Shown in pieces: positions 32,790 through 47,799 of a stretch of 64,000 nucleotides of DNA. Under the pieces are notes generated by a model. That model worked only from the letters and a program-made list of their open reading frames with translations. It was not told the origin of the DNA and did not search any database. Both the position numbers and the translations under genes were made by a program. The DNA lies in NCBI RefSeq assembly GCF_008831285.2, contig NC_045138.2:43090001-43154000 (forward strand), given 5' to 3'. The stretch's first letter is position 1. Each line of letters opens with the position of its first letter. The stretch is from Nymphaea colorata. Taxonomy: Eukaryota.

Positions 32790-35313
32790 GATTTTTACCC
32801 CTTTTAAATATATATTTAAAATGTGATTTTTTATGTTTTATTCTTCGAATGGCCCTTTGGGAGGCGAATCCCATCCCTTATTGGTCTAGAAGAGACAATA
32901 AGGGAGGCGTTTCACCCCTCTTTGTGGAAAATCGCCTCGTGCCACATGCGCACACACGGCCACGCGCGGCAACGCGTGCTCGCGTGCTGCACGCACATCC
33001 CTACGTGTGCAAAACACTGAGACCACCCATTTGCATGTTAAAACCGCCACTTGGGGGGTGGTTGTGGCCTGGTTAGGTGGACATTAGCCCTTCCCACACC
33101 CCAATGGGGTGTTTGCAAGACTAGTGACCAATACCACTTAGTGAAAGTCTATTTAAAAAAAAAAAAAATTCAAAAATACTTGAAATTCACATGAAATTCT
33201 TGTTAAATTCAAAAAAAAAAAATTTGAATTTTGGCAACAAAACTCTCTATAAATACATCCACAATTCTCCCTCTTGGGTATGAGCTAACCCTTGGGGAAC
33301 TTTTAGTGCTTTCTTATTTGAAGTTTTTGAGTTTTTCCTTAGTTTTTTCTCTCCATTTCTCTCATCTTCTCTTCTTCTTCTTTTCCAACCTTGAGAGCAA
33401 ACTTGTCCAAGCTCAAACTCTTCAATAGAGCATAAAGAAATCTTTCATCATCTTGGAGTTTCATCCTAGGCAACCCTAGGATCATTCAAAGGAAGAGGTT
33501 CATTTCTATTATCATCCATATTCAAGGTATGTAGTTCTCCTCTTGTTTTCATTTTTCTCATTTCCTCTTGCCACCTTCCCATGGCCACGCAAGAAAGCTT
33601 AAAGAATTCTCTATGCGGAATCAAGAGCTACATCTTGAGTGCACCGGAAGTATGAGCAAGGTGAAATAAATTTCATTTCTTCATTTATTTTTAAAAATAT
33701 GCTTGTTATATTGTTTTACTCTTCATTTATGCTTGAAATAGTGCTCATGCATGATGGAGTAATTTTCTCTTATTAATGATCAAATGCACGGTGAAAATGA
33801 GTGTTTGAGGTTGAAATTTATTCATTTTTATGTTGATTTTGACGTTGGGATTTGCCCAACCTAGGAAAGCCATTCACAAATATGTACATGTTAAAATGCA
33901 TCCTCATGTCATGTTTTACTCTTCATTTACTACGTTGCTCACTATTTCATGTGTGCTTAATTTTCTTTCATACTCAATGGTGGAAGAAATATATTTTCTT
34001 GTAACAAACAATCATGATTTTATATTAATATACAAAATATTTCGAATCATGTTTTCCAAAATAGTTTCAAAAGGATACCCTCTCTAATGAGGCTTTGGAG
34101 ACTTAGCCTATGCTCTTGCATGAGTCTAAGTTCCTCTCCAGCCTACATAAAAATTGAATTTAGATATTTTCAAGTCATTTGTTGATTTTAAGACTCATGA
34201 AGACATATATGTATATACGTATTATATGCGTATACTTGCACATAATTATCTCTCTTTTATGATTTAACATATTCTTTTACAAACTCTGTATATATATTTA
34301 TATATGCGTGTATCTCATTCTAAAATATCTCTCTCTCTTTCTAAAATCTTCTTCTCCCTCTCTATTTGATCTAAACTTCATCATCGCAAGATTTCATATA
34401 TGTATCCATACGTCTATGTAAACATATATATGCATATCTCTCCCTCTTTTAAATCTTTTCTTTTGTGATTTTCAAAATCTCTTTCTCTCTCTCTTTCTCC
34501 ATATTCCTCTTGTATTAAAGCCTTTTATCTTTTCCATTCTTTCAAATATTTTTCTTTCATGATTTAAGGCTTTAATTTTTTATTTGTCAACTTCACCAAG
34601 ACCAAAAATCAAGTAATGACCCAATATTGGAATCATGCTTGATGGTCTATAACCCCATTCTATTTTCAAAAACTTTTCTCTTTTCATAACAATATTTATG
34701 AAAATCTTATAAATAAAAAAGAGAAACTTAGATGTTTATGATGGTAGGAATGCTTTTAGATGAATGTCATGATAGGAATGAATGATTTCTTTCCAATCAT
34801 GTAGGGCCAATGCATTCATACATTCACTTTTACTTAAAATTACAAATGATCACAAGCACATCTCTAAAAGAACTTAAGCAAGATGACATAGAGCTCTAAC
34901 TTGGTAGCAACCAAATTAGAGCAAAATCTTAAACCTACTTAAAATTCTTAAGATAACACCAAATTGACTTCAAAAGGTAATCTTCAAATGTTTTCAAACA
35001 ATCTTTATAAAGATTTCCCAATCAAAGATTTTTCAATTCAAAGTGTTTTACACTCTCAAATGATTCTTCAAAACTTTCTTATCGAATCTTCAACATTTTC
35101 TCAAACACCACATCACATTTAGAATGAAAAAGACATTTAAGCAAAAACAAAATGCATCAAGAATAAGCATAGCCCTTGAATTACCCTTGATAAAGTTGTC
35201 GGAAATGGTCGCTCCCCGTAGCAACGGGTGAGTCCCCTTTTCTCTCATTTCAAAACAAAACCTCATTTTTTTTTAAATACTCCAAAAACCAAAATATTTT
35301 TGGGGATGCTAAT
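32790..35313 (+). mobile_element. Long (~2.5 kb) solo-LTR-like sequence, gypsy-type
   Basis: GC-rich U3-like block, CTATAAATA at ~33247, pyrimidine-rich leader and splice donor AAG/GTATGT near 33525. Homologous to 21240-23848. Ends GGGGATGCTAATA. Confidence 0.7.
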
Positions 35314-36035
35314 AGTGAGGAAAATTGTCCTACATGGCTGAAGGATGCAAGTGTATTCATTTTTGGGAAATCTAGATTAGGCTACATTAATGGAAAAATT
35401 ATTTTCCCTAACAAAGAAGATCCAATGTATGAAGAATGAGAAGTCAACAATCATCTCATCATGTCTTGGCTGCTAAATTCAAGGGAGCACAACAAAGTTT
35501 TATGTTTCTGGAATATGCTAAACAAACATGGGACTCAATGGCTAAAATCTATGCATAAAGTATAATATTGCATGGGTTACAAATTTAGCAAGATATAGCA
35601 AAAGTCTGCAAAGGTAACAAGGCTATTTGACATCTATTTGAGCAGCCTAAATGGCATGTGGGATGAGATTGCATAGTACTGCCCACTTACATCAAACATG
35701 AACACCATTCGGCAAAGGACAGAGGCAGATTGAATTTTCAAAGACTTGGCTAGACCTTGACAAGAATACAATACCCTCATAAGCCAATTTTGAATTACAT
35801 ACCCTCTACGGTCACTCAATACCATGAGCACTATTGTCTAGAGGAAGGAGACAAGATGTAAGATTATGACAGATGATCAGGAGAAGGATGGAGAATTAGA
35901 CTCAACAAATGAGAAAGCTGCCTTCAAGATTGCGCAATCAGAGTGATCAGTGAAATGTTACCAAGGGCAACCTAAGAGTTCTAAGGGGAGAGAAAATTTA
36001 CATGCTCATATTGCAAGAAAGTAGGACATATGTTC
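35314..36035 (+). pseudogene. Copia gag fragment
   Basis: Translates as FGKSRLGYINGK...DPMYEE*EVNNHLIMSWLLNS and knuckle CSYCKKVGH near 36003. Contains stops and frameshifts. Confidence 0.75.
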
Positions 36036-36460
36036 ACATGCAAAATTTTTCAATCTTGCAAATAGATGGTTTCAAATTGGAAAAAATGTTGCCTATACTT
36101 GCCTCTATTATCTTATGTGAGATTCCATGGATGGGACTCAACCTGCATGTATGAAGTCTGACCGTTCTTGGTGCCTTTACCAAGGGTAATCAAATCAAGG
36201 AATCAATCAGAGTGATCAGTGAAATGTTACCAAGGGCAACCTAAGAGTTCTAAGGGGAGAGAAAATTTACTTGCACATATTGCAAGAAAGTAGGACATAT
36301 GTTCACATGAAAAATTTTTCAATCTTGTATATAGATGGTTTCAAATTGGAAAAAATATTGCCTATACTTGCCTCTATTATCTTATGTGAGATTGGACTCA
36401 ACCTGCTTGTATGAAGTCTGACCATTCTTGGTGCCTTTACCAAGGGTAATCAAATCAAAG
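35936..36460. repeat. Tandem duplication, 269-bp period, 2 copies
   Basis: AATCAGAGTGATCAGTGAAATGTTACCAAGGGC occurs at 35936 and 36205. The copies are nearly identical apart from short indels. Confidence 0.92.
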
Positions 36461-39400
36461 ACTAGACTTTGTATTCCAAAATATAAGGAATGATTGTCGT
36501 CCTAACCTGGTCCTAAACTACAATGGTGCATGCAATCTAGGTCAAATATGATTGAGCCCAAATTTCAAATATTTATGGGACAAGACTCCAAGGAGAAAAA
36601 AAATCTAGATCTACATCCAAAATCACGATTTCAAAGCCAAACTCATGATGAAAATTCTTAGCTTATAAATGGAGCATTCGAGATTGGTTTAATTTTTGTG
36701 GCTGAATTTCAAGGTCTCTCCTTGAGGATAGCTAGTGTTTGAGTTTGTGGAATACACGGTTAAGATCAAAATATTCAAAGTCTAGTTTTGAAATCTAAGG
36801 TTCTATGATCCAAACCCGAATATTTCAAAATTGAGATTAAAGTTCTATTATCCAATATCATTGTCAAGATCCAAATCATTATCAGATTTTATCAAGATTC
36901 AATCTTTCATAATAGAATTCAATCCAATTTCAATAGGATCCAACCTCAAAAGTCTAAGATTTGATAACAACTTGCTTGAGAACTATGGCACATTTTATGA
37001 TATTTTGATTTGAATTTGGTTTTGATCTATACAGCTGGGTTTAGATTTAGCTAAATCTTTGGTCTTTAGAATAGATTGACTTGACTAGGATTTTAGGTTG
37101 ATCAGGATGAAATCATCTTGACAAGGGTCTCAGTCTCGGTAAAATATACCTGACTAGGTTCTGAGCGAGCCAAGGTCTGTTTTATGGTAGTGGACTCAAT
37201 ACCAAGTCTTAGTTTTGGACATGAGAGAAAATTAACTTAGGTTGACTTATGGAATTAAGGATGAGATTTTTGGATTCAATATAGTGGGTTCTGGGGCTGG
37301 TCTGAGCTAGACCCTAAAAGATTTAAACTAAGTATATAGACCTAGGGGTTTTGGAAAACTTTTATAAAAAGGGTTTTGGTTTTAAAAATTCATTTTTAAA
37401 TCTATGATTTGAAAGTTTTCTCAATTAAAATTTAACTTGAATTAATATATGCTCATACCACCATTAAAAGCACATTAGTATCATAATTATCATTAATTTC
37501 TAATTCTATGTTCATGTGCTTACTCTTAAAATAAAATATGCATGATCCTGATTCTAAACAATATACAATTTAAATAAAATGAAACTATTTGATTGATGCA
37601 TATATAAAGCTTGAAAACGGAAATTGAATGAAACTTAGAATTGGACGAGGAGAAAAGGGAAGGAGGCACAACTGATCTCTATGCCTATTCTAACTTGCAA
37701 GAATTTAAAATCTAATCCAAGCGAAAACTGAAATAAATTATCTTAAACATGCTGAAAGAAAATTAAATAAACTGAGGCATACTTTAAACAAATCTAAAAA
37801 CTAAACATACATAAACTAAGCTAAGCATGCAAAAAGAAATTAAACTAAACTAAAACATACTTTAAACAAATCTAAGTGATAAAACATAAATAAACTAAAC
37901 TAAGCATGTAAAGTAAAAAAACGAAAACCTAAACATGTTTCTACGAAAACTACGAAAGGAAAAAACTAAATTACAAATAAGAAAAAAAAGAAAAGAGGGA
38001 AGAAAAAGGAATTACCTGAATGCTGACCTCATCCTAACCTGTGCCCTCTTGCAGAGCATGTCCTACTCTCATAGACTGAGATTTGGACTCTGGTTGACCT
38101 TAGCAGGATCTAAATCAGAAACCTAACTTAGACTGAGACCTAAAATGACAAAACTTTGTAGCAAGCTGGTGTTTTTCAAAAATGTATAACTTTTTAAAAA
38201 CACTTGCTTGGAATTTCCCAACTTTTATGCAAGCTTGCCTTGCAGTTTTGAGTGTTAGAAACCCCATCTCCAAAAGGTATTTATAGAGCCTAGGGGTAGA
38301 GACTTCTCTCCAACTTTAGATACAGGATTAAACTTTGGAGAGGTCTCTCTCCCAAGCAAACCATAGGTTAATCCATTAAAACTTTATATATTGTAAGACA
38401 CTGAAACAAAAAAATGTTCATACTGGCGTCATACGAGGACCAATTTTGATTCATTTTGAACCAAAGTTCTTTGTTTAGAGTTATGCACCAGTCATGACCA
38501 TCTATTTTGATTGACATTTGTCATGTTGCACGAAATTGAGTAAGAAATTTATTGCACATATACACATTTTATGTATATAGATCTTGGATTGGGGCATGGT
38601 TCTGAGATTCAGACCAAGATCTGAATCCAGACAAAACTCTAGAAAACAAATCCTGGATATGACTCTGGGATTCAGATCAAGGTTTGAATCTTGAGAAAGT
38701 TCTAAAAATAGATTTTGGATGGCATAGGAGATTTGGATCAAAATTTCAGACAAAAGTGCTGGATGAGAATAGTCATGGATATAAAAATTAATGCTCAATA
38801 TATTATAAACTTACATATATGTGACATATAACCTAAGTGCAAAATGACAGTATTGAAGTTGAAATTGTTGCTTGCCCTTGAGTATGGGTAAGCAATTCAA
38901 AAAGAAATGACCATTTTGCCCTTGGTATATGTTTCAGATTCAAGTAAGCACAAGTCATGGATTTGACTTCACTAAAACTCTGGGAATCAAAGAAAGACAT
39001 AAACTAAGGCATATGTGGCAAATGCACAAGTTTGTGCAGAAGGAAATGATTCCAAAAAAAAAATGATTGTTTTGTCCTTGTGTGCCTATGGGCTACAAAA
39101 TATCTCCTGGCTTGCTCTAAAGATGAAATTATTTAAAATCACTAGCTTCAAAATGTCAAATTTATAAGGGGATGTTGGGGATGGCCTGAAAAGTTAGGTT
39201 CTCATGGGAATTTTCACTTGTTCAGCTGAGTATGCCTAGATCAACTACTTAATGACAATGGCAGAGCCACATGTTATTTAAACATTATCCATATATATAT
39301 ATATATAGAGGTTCCCCACCAGATAGGAGTATTTCTAAAGGAGTGCTCATCCAGGCAATTTTTTTGGCTCTATCATTGGTTACTGATAAGGATATGATGA

Positions 39401-42400
39401 ATGGTTGGAAAATTTTGATCTGATTTGGCTGAAATTAGTTCGACAGTGATTACATACTGTAGCAAGTACGAAGAATGAGTTTTGGAACCATGAGAACTGA
39501 AATAAATTCAAACAACGATGACTGAACACAAACTGAACTAAGCAAATATAGGTTTAGACAAGATAAACATGATCCTAATTTGATTTCAGCTCACTTCATT
39601 GAGTTAAGCTTAGATTTTCAAAGCCCTAAAAGACATGAGAAAGAGTAGGCTCCAAGAAATTCAGAATTGAATTTAACACAAACCAGAAATAGGAAGCTCA
39701 AACCGCACTAAGAGCTGATAGATTCAAACATGATGAACACATGCCTAGCATGGTTCGAGTTGACTCAACTTAGTTGAACAGAAATCTAGCTCGGACCCTA
39801 CTAAATAGGAGAGAGAGTGATCTAGTAGAAAATTGCGAGTTAGTCTAGAATTGAAATTTGAGCTTGGTAAATCAAAGTAAGTAAAATAATACTTTCTTTC
39901 CACTGTGATAAACCTATCTTGAACTTGCTTGGACTTGAGAATACATGGTCGAGCTAAATATTACAACTTTAGGTTCTGGTGAGTTAGCTTAAGCTGGTCA
40001 AAAGAGTTGGTGAGCTGTTTTTGACTTCCCTCTTAAACTTGTAGAGCTAAGAACTACCCTATTTGTGTTTGTTCTAAATCATTACAAGAGTTTTTGAGAT
40101 TTCTAACCGTTAGGGGCAAGATGGTTATTTGATATGATGGCAACAACCTAGGCGATCTTGGTCTGTGTATCAGGTATCAAAGTAAGGTAGGATTGACTGT
40201 AATTTCTTATGGCTGGCCCTATATTTGAAATCACTTTCGAAAGCTAGGTTCAAAAACTTGTAGAGGGGTGAATAATCATTTGGTCATGGTGAAAAATGTG
40301 GGATGTTTATAACACACCAAAGACAAGTGTTGGAATCTTCATTGCAAGCCTAGAAAAGGGAAAAATACTATAGGCACGTCAGAAATGAGGAATGTCATAT
40401 TGTTGAATTAGGAAGGTTATTGAGGCAAGTGTCACCACTAGAAAATAACAATTTTACCCTTGAATATCTCCATTCTGTCCCATTTTCATGAAATAATTTT
40501 AGAAGTTCTAAAAATTGTTTACCACAAGTTTAATCAAGATTGTTTCCCTCTTCATAAGCCATTATAGAACAAATGTACGGGCTCAAATTCAATCAAAATG
40601 GTCCAAAATGGCTCATTTCCTTAGTTTTTTCCAGCATTTCTTGTCAATAGAACACCTATATACCTGACCAAACCAATGATAGGATATCCTCAATATTAGA
40701 AGAATACTTCCAGCTCCATTTCTAGTTTCAATCATAAAGTCTAGCATTCGAGCAGTCATTTCTAGAAAATGACATATCAGTTCCACCATTTCTACTTGTC
40801 TGGTCATCATTTCAATCTAATTCGAGTGAGTTAGCATGAAATAAGCTGGGATGATACTCTTCAGTGCAGGATCTAAGTCTTCTTGCTCTTAGTTTGAACA
40901 ATTCTATCCCAGACTGAGCATAAATCTAGTTTCCCAGTCACTTTTACAGTGTCTATTTCTGGATATTGTCACTAGTAACTTTTAAGTTGAATTTTTGAGA
41001 GGTCTGGAATGCCAATTTCTAATCTAATTGCATACACGGATTAAGGATCACTCGACGAGAGAATTGGTGTTCGCAATTCTCATAAACAAACCCAGAATCA
41101 TAGTTTCCCACTTATCCCTAACATTTCCATTTCTCTAGTCAATTTTCATACCTATGATTTAAGAAAAGATTGATTTTGGAAGGGCAAATGATGGACTTTT
41201 CTAGCCAAACCTGGTATGGCCCCTAAACCAAACCCAAACTATGACCCAATGTGGTCAGTTTACCTATCTAAGCTTGTAGAACCCAGTTTATGTTCCAGGA
41301 GTAAATTTGTCTAATATTTTTGTATAAACCTTAGTTTGTGGCCACATAAACTTTACTTAAGGATATACTTGCGCCAAAATTGAAGCTAGTAGACTCATGC
41401 AGAATTTGAGCCTGCCCAGAGCTAAGTCAAATCTGGTTGAACTTGGCTGACCTAGATAACTGCAGAACTTGACCCACCTGACCGAAGACCAATATGACTT
41501 GCAACCAGCTGAGTCTAGACCCAGATCAAGCCCCTATCCATCTATTAACCACTGAGTTTGAGCTTACAGCACCCAGAATAAGCTTGGTTTGGGTACCAGA
41601 TCCCAGATCTTAAATTCAAATCTAATTGTTAGAGCTCAAATTATAAATCTTAATGCCAAATCTTTCGATGTAATTGAGATCATTCTCTAAATCGATATCG
41701 TGATGTCAATTTGTATATAAATCTAAGTCTTAGATTGAAATTAACTGAGTGTTGACACATGTCAGCTATCTAAATTTTTGTATGGAGTGCATGTATCAAC
41801 CATCTAATCTTTTAGATGGACGATGCATGCTAGCCATCCAATCATTCATCAAGAAGACACTTGGCTCAGGTCTCTGTCTTGGAATTTCATAGGGGACACG
41901 TGTCCAGATTTCAATCTTTTTGTACTTGAGACACGTCATACTCTATGGATCTTGTGCTATCCAAAGAGGACACCTGTCAGAATTTAAGCAGCAAATCTCC
42001 GGCACCCCCACATATGGTGATTTCAGAAATTCAAACGGGTAACTCTTGATAACTATATATAGTGGCCTTCTGGAAGGCCCCTTCGTATTTCTTACTTTGC
42101 TTGGCTTTATTTATTTTCTTATAGATCTGTTTTACTTTGATTTGTGCACAAGTCTTTGGATGAACTCAAGTCCTAACGTGAAGAAAAAAAAAAAACTCGA
42201 TGAAGTAGAAGAGGAACTTGGAGAAGAAGAGGGGGCAAGGTAAGTTCGGCACTCTATCTCTCTTATGAACTCCTTGTTTAATTTTGCTCTAGTCCTTTCC
42301 TTCTTCACATATCCACTTTTCCTTTCTATATATTTTGCATAGTCTCTTCTTCTCCATGTGAAGCACTCCATAGAGGCTTCACATATGGTTGTCTCTGTTC

Positions 42401-45110
42401 CTTTTTTGTTCACTTTTTTTTGTCTCATTCTGTATGTGTTAGTTTTCTTTGTTTTGATCTATTGATCATAGGTTATGATCATTGCTTATAGTGTTGCATG
42501 ATAGAATGTCTAAATATATTTGATTCTCCTATATTTCCTCCATGTTACCTCTAATTTTTTATGTGTGTGAATGCATGATTTCTGTTATTTTATTTGTTTT
42601 AGGTTTAAACATATTTAACTTAGTGATTTGCAAATTGTTGTGTCATCACATTTGGGTTTTCAATATGGTTTTTGGTCTTCGGGATATAGATTTTCAATTC
42701 ATGCAAAACTTGGAACTGTAGACATTCCAGAACTTTGCATGATTACAGAGACCTATATATCTCAAACTAAAAATCGTTTTGATGGTCTATAAAAAAACCT
42801 TGTTTCTCCTTTTTGTCTACTATGTGTCCTACATTTTATCAAATTCTATCTGTTTGATCCCTACATTGGGTGATCTTCTAAAGTCTATATTATGAAACTT
42901 TTAATTTTTTAAAAATGAGGTTCTGCTATATGTTTAGATTGTGAACTCAATTATTTTCGTTTGAGAACCTCAATTCATATTTTGTAAAATTCAGAAGTTA
43001 GATACGTATGTCTACTTATGGCCCACCAATTTTTAGCCAAATCTGAGCTGATTTGACCAGCCATTCATGGATCCAGTCAAAGCATATTTCTGCTACAGCT
43101 TTTTGTAGATTACTGCAAACTTGTGTTTTCCCCAAATTTTCCATACTATATCTTTCCGTCAGTTTGTGGTTTCTAGAAAATTTAAGATGAAATTGTCTTT
43201 CTGTAATATTGTGAGTCTACCCCTAAATTTACAGCTCAAAATGATGTTTTTTAGTGAACCAAAAGTTGTCATTTTTTTAGTGAACCAAAAGCTGTCATTT
43301 AAGACCGGCATTTAACCTGTTGTCCCACAGTTCTCTATGCATATGTGTTTCTTCACTAATTTCATCAGACCATAGCCTTGTGACCGCTGTACGTTTTCCA
43401 ATATGTAAGTCACTATTGATTTGTGGTTATGCAAAAGTATCCAGACCAATTTTTATGCCAATCTGAGTTGATTTGGTGTGATTTTTATTAGACCAAATGT
43501 GGTTGTTGAACCAATCTTACAAATTTTGTTTCCTATAATTTTAAATGTCTGTCAAAGGTTTGTGGTCCTATATCTTTCTAATCCAACAAGATTTTTTAAG
43601 TCTACCATTTGGAATTGGTTGTCCTACGTGCAGAAGCTTCTCCTCAAATTTCATGTCAATATATGATGTCATTAACCCTATTTTTGAATCCTCCAAATTG
43701 GCCTTTGAGTTCGTTGTATTCCATGCGGCATAATTTTCACGTTCCAACTTGTTATCTTAGGTCAAATCCGATTTTAACATATAGTTCGGATTTATTTCAT
43801 GATGCACATCTTTAATTAGGCATTTAGGTTGCTATCATGAAGTTTTATTGTTTGTTAAAACTGATCTAACCCTAATCCTAAGTCGCATTCTTATTACTTT
43901 ATGAAATTATAAAATTGGCCAAATTAGGAATTTGTGCCATGTTTTTTAGATGTAATTTGTCCTAATGTAAACCCATGAAACAAGCTTGCAAATAATAGTT
44001 TGAACATGTTAGGTGGTCTTTTGCACTTTATAATATTGAATTTTCTCAAATACATGTTTATACATGCTAAATTTGCATTCAAATTCATAAAGGAACTTAA
44101 GCCAGTTCATCACGTCTCATGGAAAGTCATTGTATGTGAACTTTGAAACTACCCTAGCTCCTGTGTGGGTCCAAATTCGTGAATTTTATAGCTGTTATAT
44201 TATATTTTGTCACTCTTATGATTAGATGTGCATCAAGTAGTTTGTTTTCAGCTTTGTATCATGCACATTCAGTTTAAAACCACTCACTTAGAATTAGATC
44301 CACATGAAAATCAGGGCAGGCTAATTAGATGCATGGATATGACAATAGTCCTAGTATGCACCTGATCCAAACTGATTTTCATGTGAATACACATTTTCAA
44401 AAACATAATTTTGTACTCCATGTTTTCAAAATTGAACTTGTTTAAAAAATCAATTTTCTAAAAACTCTAACTTCAAATGTGAATGAGATTTAGATTTAAC
44501 CCACCTAAACCATGTGAGGTCCACTCATTGCCTCAGCCCAGACCTAGCATCGAATCCTATACAACAAGCCTAAACATAACCCATGTTGGAACTATGCTCA
44601 GATTTTGACTCTAGCTAAGTGGACCCAAGTCAAACTTTTCAACCTAGACAGGTTAGCCGTGTGCGTGTAGGTCAAACCAGATAACAATTATGAAAATTGG
44701 ATAACATATAGTTGAATTAAGATTTCATCCTGGGCTGGAATTAGGAGCTTAGATTAGATTTCAATCAAATTGAATCCCAAATTTCAAGTCATATAGAATT
44801 GGACCTCTGCTTGGATTTTGCACTTTACTATGAATATCAAATATAGAACCTTGGCTCTCGAACTAAAGTTATTTGGACTATGATTTCAATTATCCCAAAG
44901 TTTGGATTTCATAACTAAATTCAGATCATGAATTTGAATTCAGATCATAAATTCAAACTCAGATCCAAACCCTAGCTGACACCTAGGCCCAGGACCTTTA
45001 TTTTAAACCTTCAGATTTGGACATTTGAATTGGATCATAAAGTGTGGTCTCGTATATGATGGGAAACATAACTAGATAGTTTGTTTTTTTGTTTATTAAA
45101 TTTTAATTTA
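36460..45110. mobile_element. Non-coding LTR-retrotransposon-derived remnants in both orientations
   Basis: No credible ORFs. Minus-strand TATA near 38280 and plus-strand TATA/leader near 42055, with LTR-like low-complexity AAACT and GATC-rich tracts. Boundaries are not resolvable by eye. Confidence 0.4.
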
Positions 45111-47034
45111 TGAAACCTCTCTTATTTCTATTTCAAATTGAATATATATATATACACCCACACACTATCACATGGTCTAGCAATGGATATGTATGTTGTA
45201 ATGGGTAGAAGGTCATACCCATCACTGTCCGTGGCTCAAGGCATGACCAATGACTATTTTGGTTGTGGCTGGAAATGGCCATTGTTGTAGCCAACAACTG
45301 TTTGGCTTGTGCCCAAAAAGTTTTTGGCAACAGCTGCTGCCCTGCCCTATGATGTTTGGGCATAATGGCTGTAACTGAGGTGGCCCTTAGCAAATGCCAA
45401 AGTACAGTCTGTTACCACAAATATGTTTGGCAATTGCCACAGAGTTATTGGCCACAATAAGGGCCCTAACAAAAATTATTATTTATTATTGTGTGATCAA
45501 GATGACAATGCTTAAACAACTGAAAAATACATTTTAGATGATAAATGGTAAGACAAAGACATATAGTTCCTTCAATTTATAGAGCATATATGGGAAATGA
45601 TAAGGGAGGGCATATATGGGAAATGATAAGGGAGGTTGATAAAGATGGTTTCAAGCTGCATAAACTTTATAAAATGTAGAATATCATGAATAAAAGAATT
45701 CAAAGTATAATATATAAACAAGAGAAAAAAGATGTAGCGACTGACAACTCATATTTCTTTAATTTTATGCATGAAATTTTGGTAAAAAATAGAACAAAAG
45801 CAATACTCCTTTAAATTGCATGACACACTATAAATCCCAAACATTACTCACAAAAATGGCTTGAAAGGAGGTGTTGGTTGTGTCCCTCTTCTTCAAGATC
45901 CAGAAATATCAATTCATAGGTTGCTCTACTCGTGAAGACTTTATAATGATCATCGTGTGTTGAAGATGGTAAATAGTGAATTTTGGAAGTTTTTACATGG
46001 AGATTTTGATTCACTGATAGCTCTTGTGGAAAAGAAGGATGAAGTTCCTCTTAACTAGTGAGAAATTTATGGTATAGGAACACCAATTCTCCACATCATC
46101 ATGTTGAGAAAGAAATTAATATTTAAATTCACATGGCTATGTGATCACTCATGCATGTTGTGGACTTGGCAGTACAACATGACTGAGCATGTGAATACAT
46201 GAGGTAGTTTGTAAATGAAGTCTTAGACAAAGTTTTGTCATTTTGCCATGAGAAGGATGCAGCTCTGAAATGTTAGTCTCAAAGAGATACTCCAATGACA
46301 CCAGACCATCAGAGAAGAGGAGGAATGGTTTAAGTGTGAATATCATATTCAACAAGTCAGACATCAATGTTGTCATTTATGATGAAATGATATATACAGT
46401 AAAAGAATTTGAAAAGGAAGCCAAGATCTGATAGCAGTCGCTGCATGATAAAAAGTGCATGAGAGAATACTAGCACAAGAAAGAAGAATAAACAACCAAG
46501 TGTTTTGCAAGAGCAACTAACCAATCTGCCGAGTTATGTAGAAGTAGAAAATCGTAGCATTGAAACACTGATGTCGTCACACCTAATGCATTTTTTGTAT
46601 CAAAGCAGCAGTTTTTATTGATCTCCTAGTAAGTTTTGACATCTACCTCTATTTTTCATGAAAGCTTATCTTAACAAGTGAAGTATTTAATTGTCACATA
46701 GCTGTGTAGATTTGTGTTGTCTTCAACTAGAATCCATAGACGTGCTTCCTCATTGAACAGTCATCACTTGTGTTTCCAGGTAATAAAGCAACAACACAAT
46801 AACTTGTGTGATATAAATGAGAGATTAGTTCTAGAACTATTAGTTATCTATGCAGTCTGTAAAGTGCATTAGCTAGAGTGATAGGTAGTGCAACAAGACT
46901 TGTGACATAACAAAGACAATAACTTTTATTTAGAATTATTCTTAAAAGTGATGTTAGGAAATATAGATTGGCTTTGTAGTGGCATCCAATAAAATCTTGC
47001 ACTTCAACTGTTTGTTGGAGTCTCCCTCCTATAG

Positions 47035-47665
47035 TACCTTTAATCTTTGATGAAACATTTGAAGGTAATACCGTCTCTAGAGACGGTTCGTAATTCTTCC
47101 TGTGTAAATTTCAGCTTCTGTCCATGAGAGAGGTCCTACATGAACTTCATCACAAATACACCGCAATGATAGTTGTTTTCTTGCTGGGGACATTTGATGA
47201 AGAATAAATTGTAGCCATCTACCTTTAATCTCTGATGAAACATTTGAAGGTAATACCATCTCTAGAGACGGTTCATAATTCTTCTATGTAAATTTCAGCT
47301 TCTCTCCATGAGAGAGGTCCTACATGAACTTCATCACAAATACACCGCAATGATAGTTGTTTTCTTGCTGGGGACATTTGATGAAAAATAAATTGTAGCC
47401 ATCATTGCAATGAAAAAATTTTGTAAAGACACTATACTATAGAAGAATAAGGAAATGAAGTTAGGGTCATCCACATGAAATCTCTTCTATTCAACAATAC
47501 AATTCTTAACATGGATATCAGTGTTGCTGCGTGGTAAGCTTGTTGATCTTCTCAAGGAAGTTCAGAGAACTTTACATTTGTAACATTTCTTTCCATTTTT
47601 TATGATGTATAGCACCCAATGTTTTGGATCACACCACAAACAAGGAAGAATGGATGGAACATACA
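47035..47665 (-). pseudogene. Ulp1-like (peptidase C48, SUMO protease) fragment A, directly downstream of the CACTA transposase
   Basis: Minus strand reads ILPCLWCDPKHWVLYIIK (~47610) and KCPQQENNYHCGVFVMKFM. The latter appears twice because of a 185-bp tandem duplication (47035-47219, 47220-47403). Confidence 0.8.
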
Positions 47666-47799
47666 ATTACAATCATATACTACAATTCAAATCAAATCGT
47701 ACAAATGGGTGTAAAATTGGATATACCATTTCACATTCTATTATTCCAAGTGGAGGTTTCACTTCCTCCCTCACTCTATTGACCAATGCAGAAAATGTC

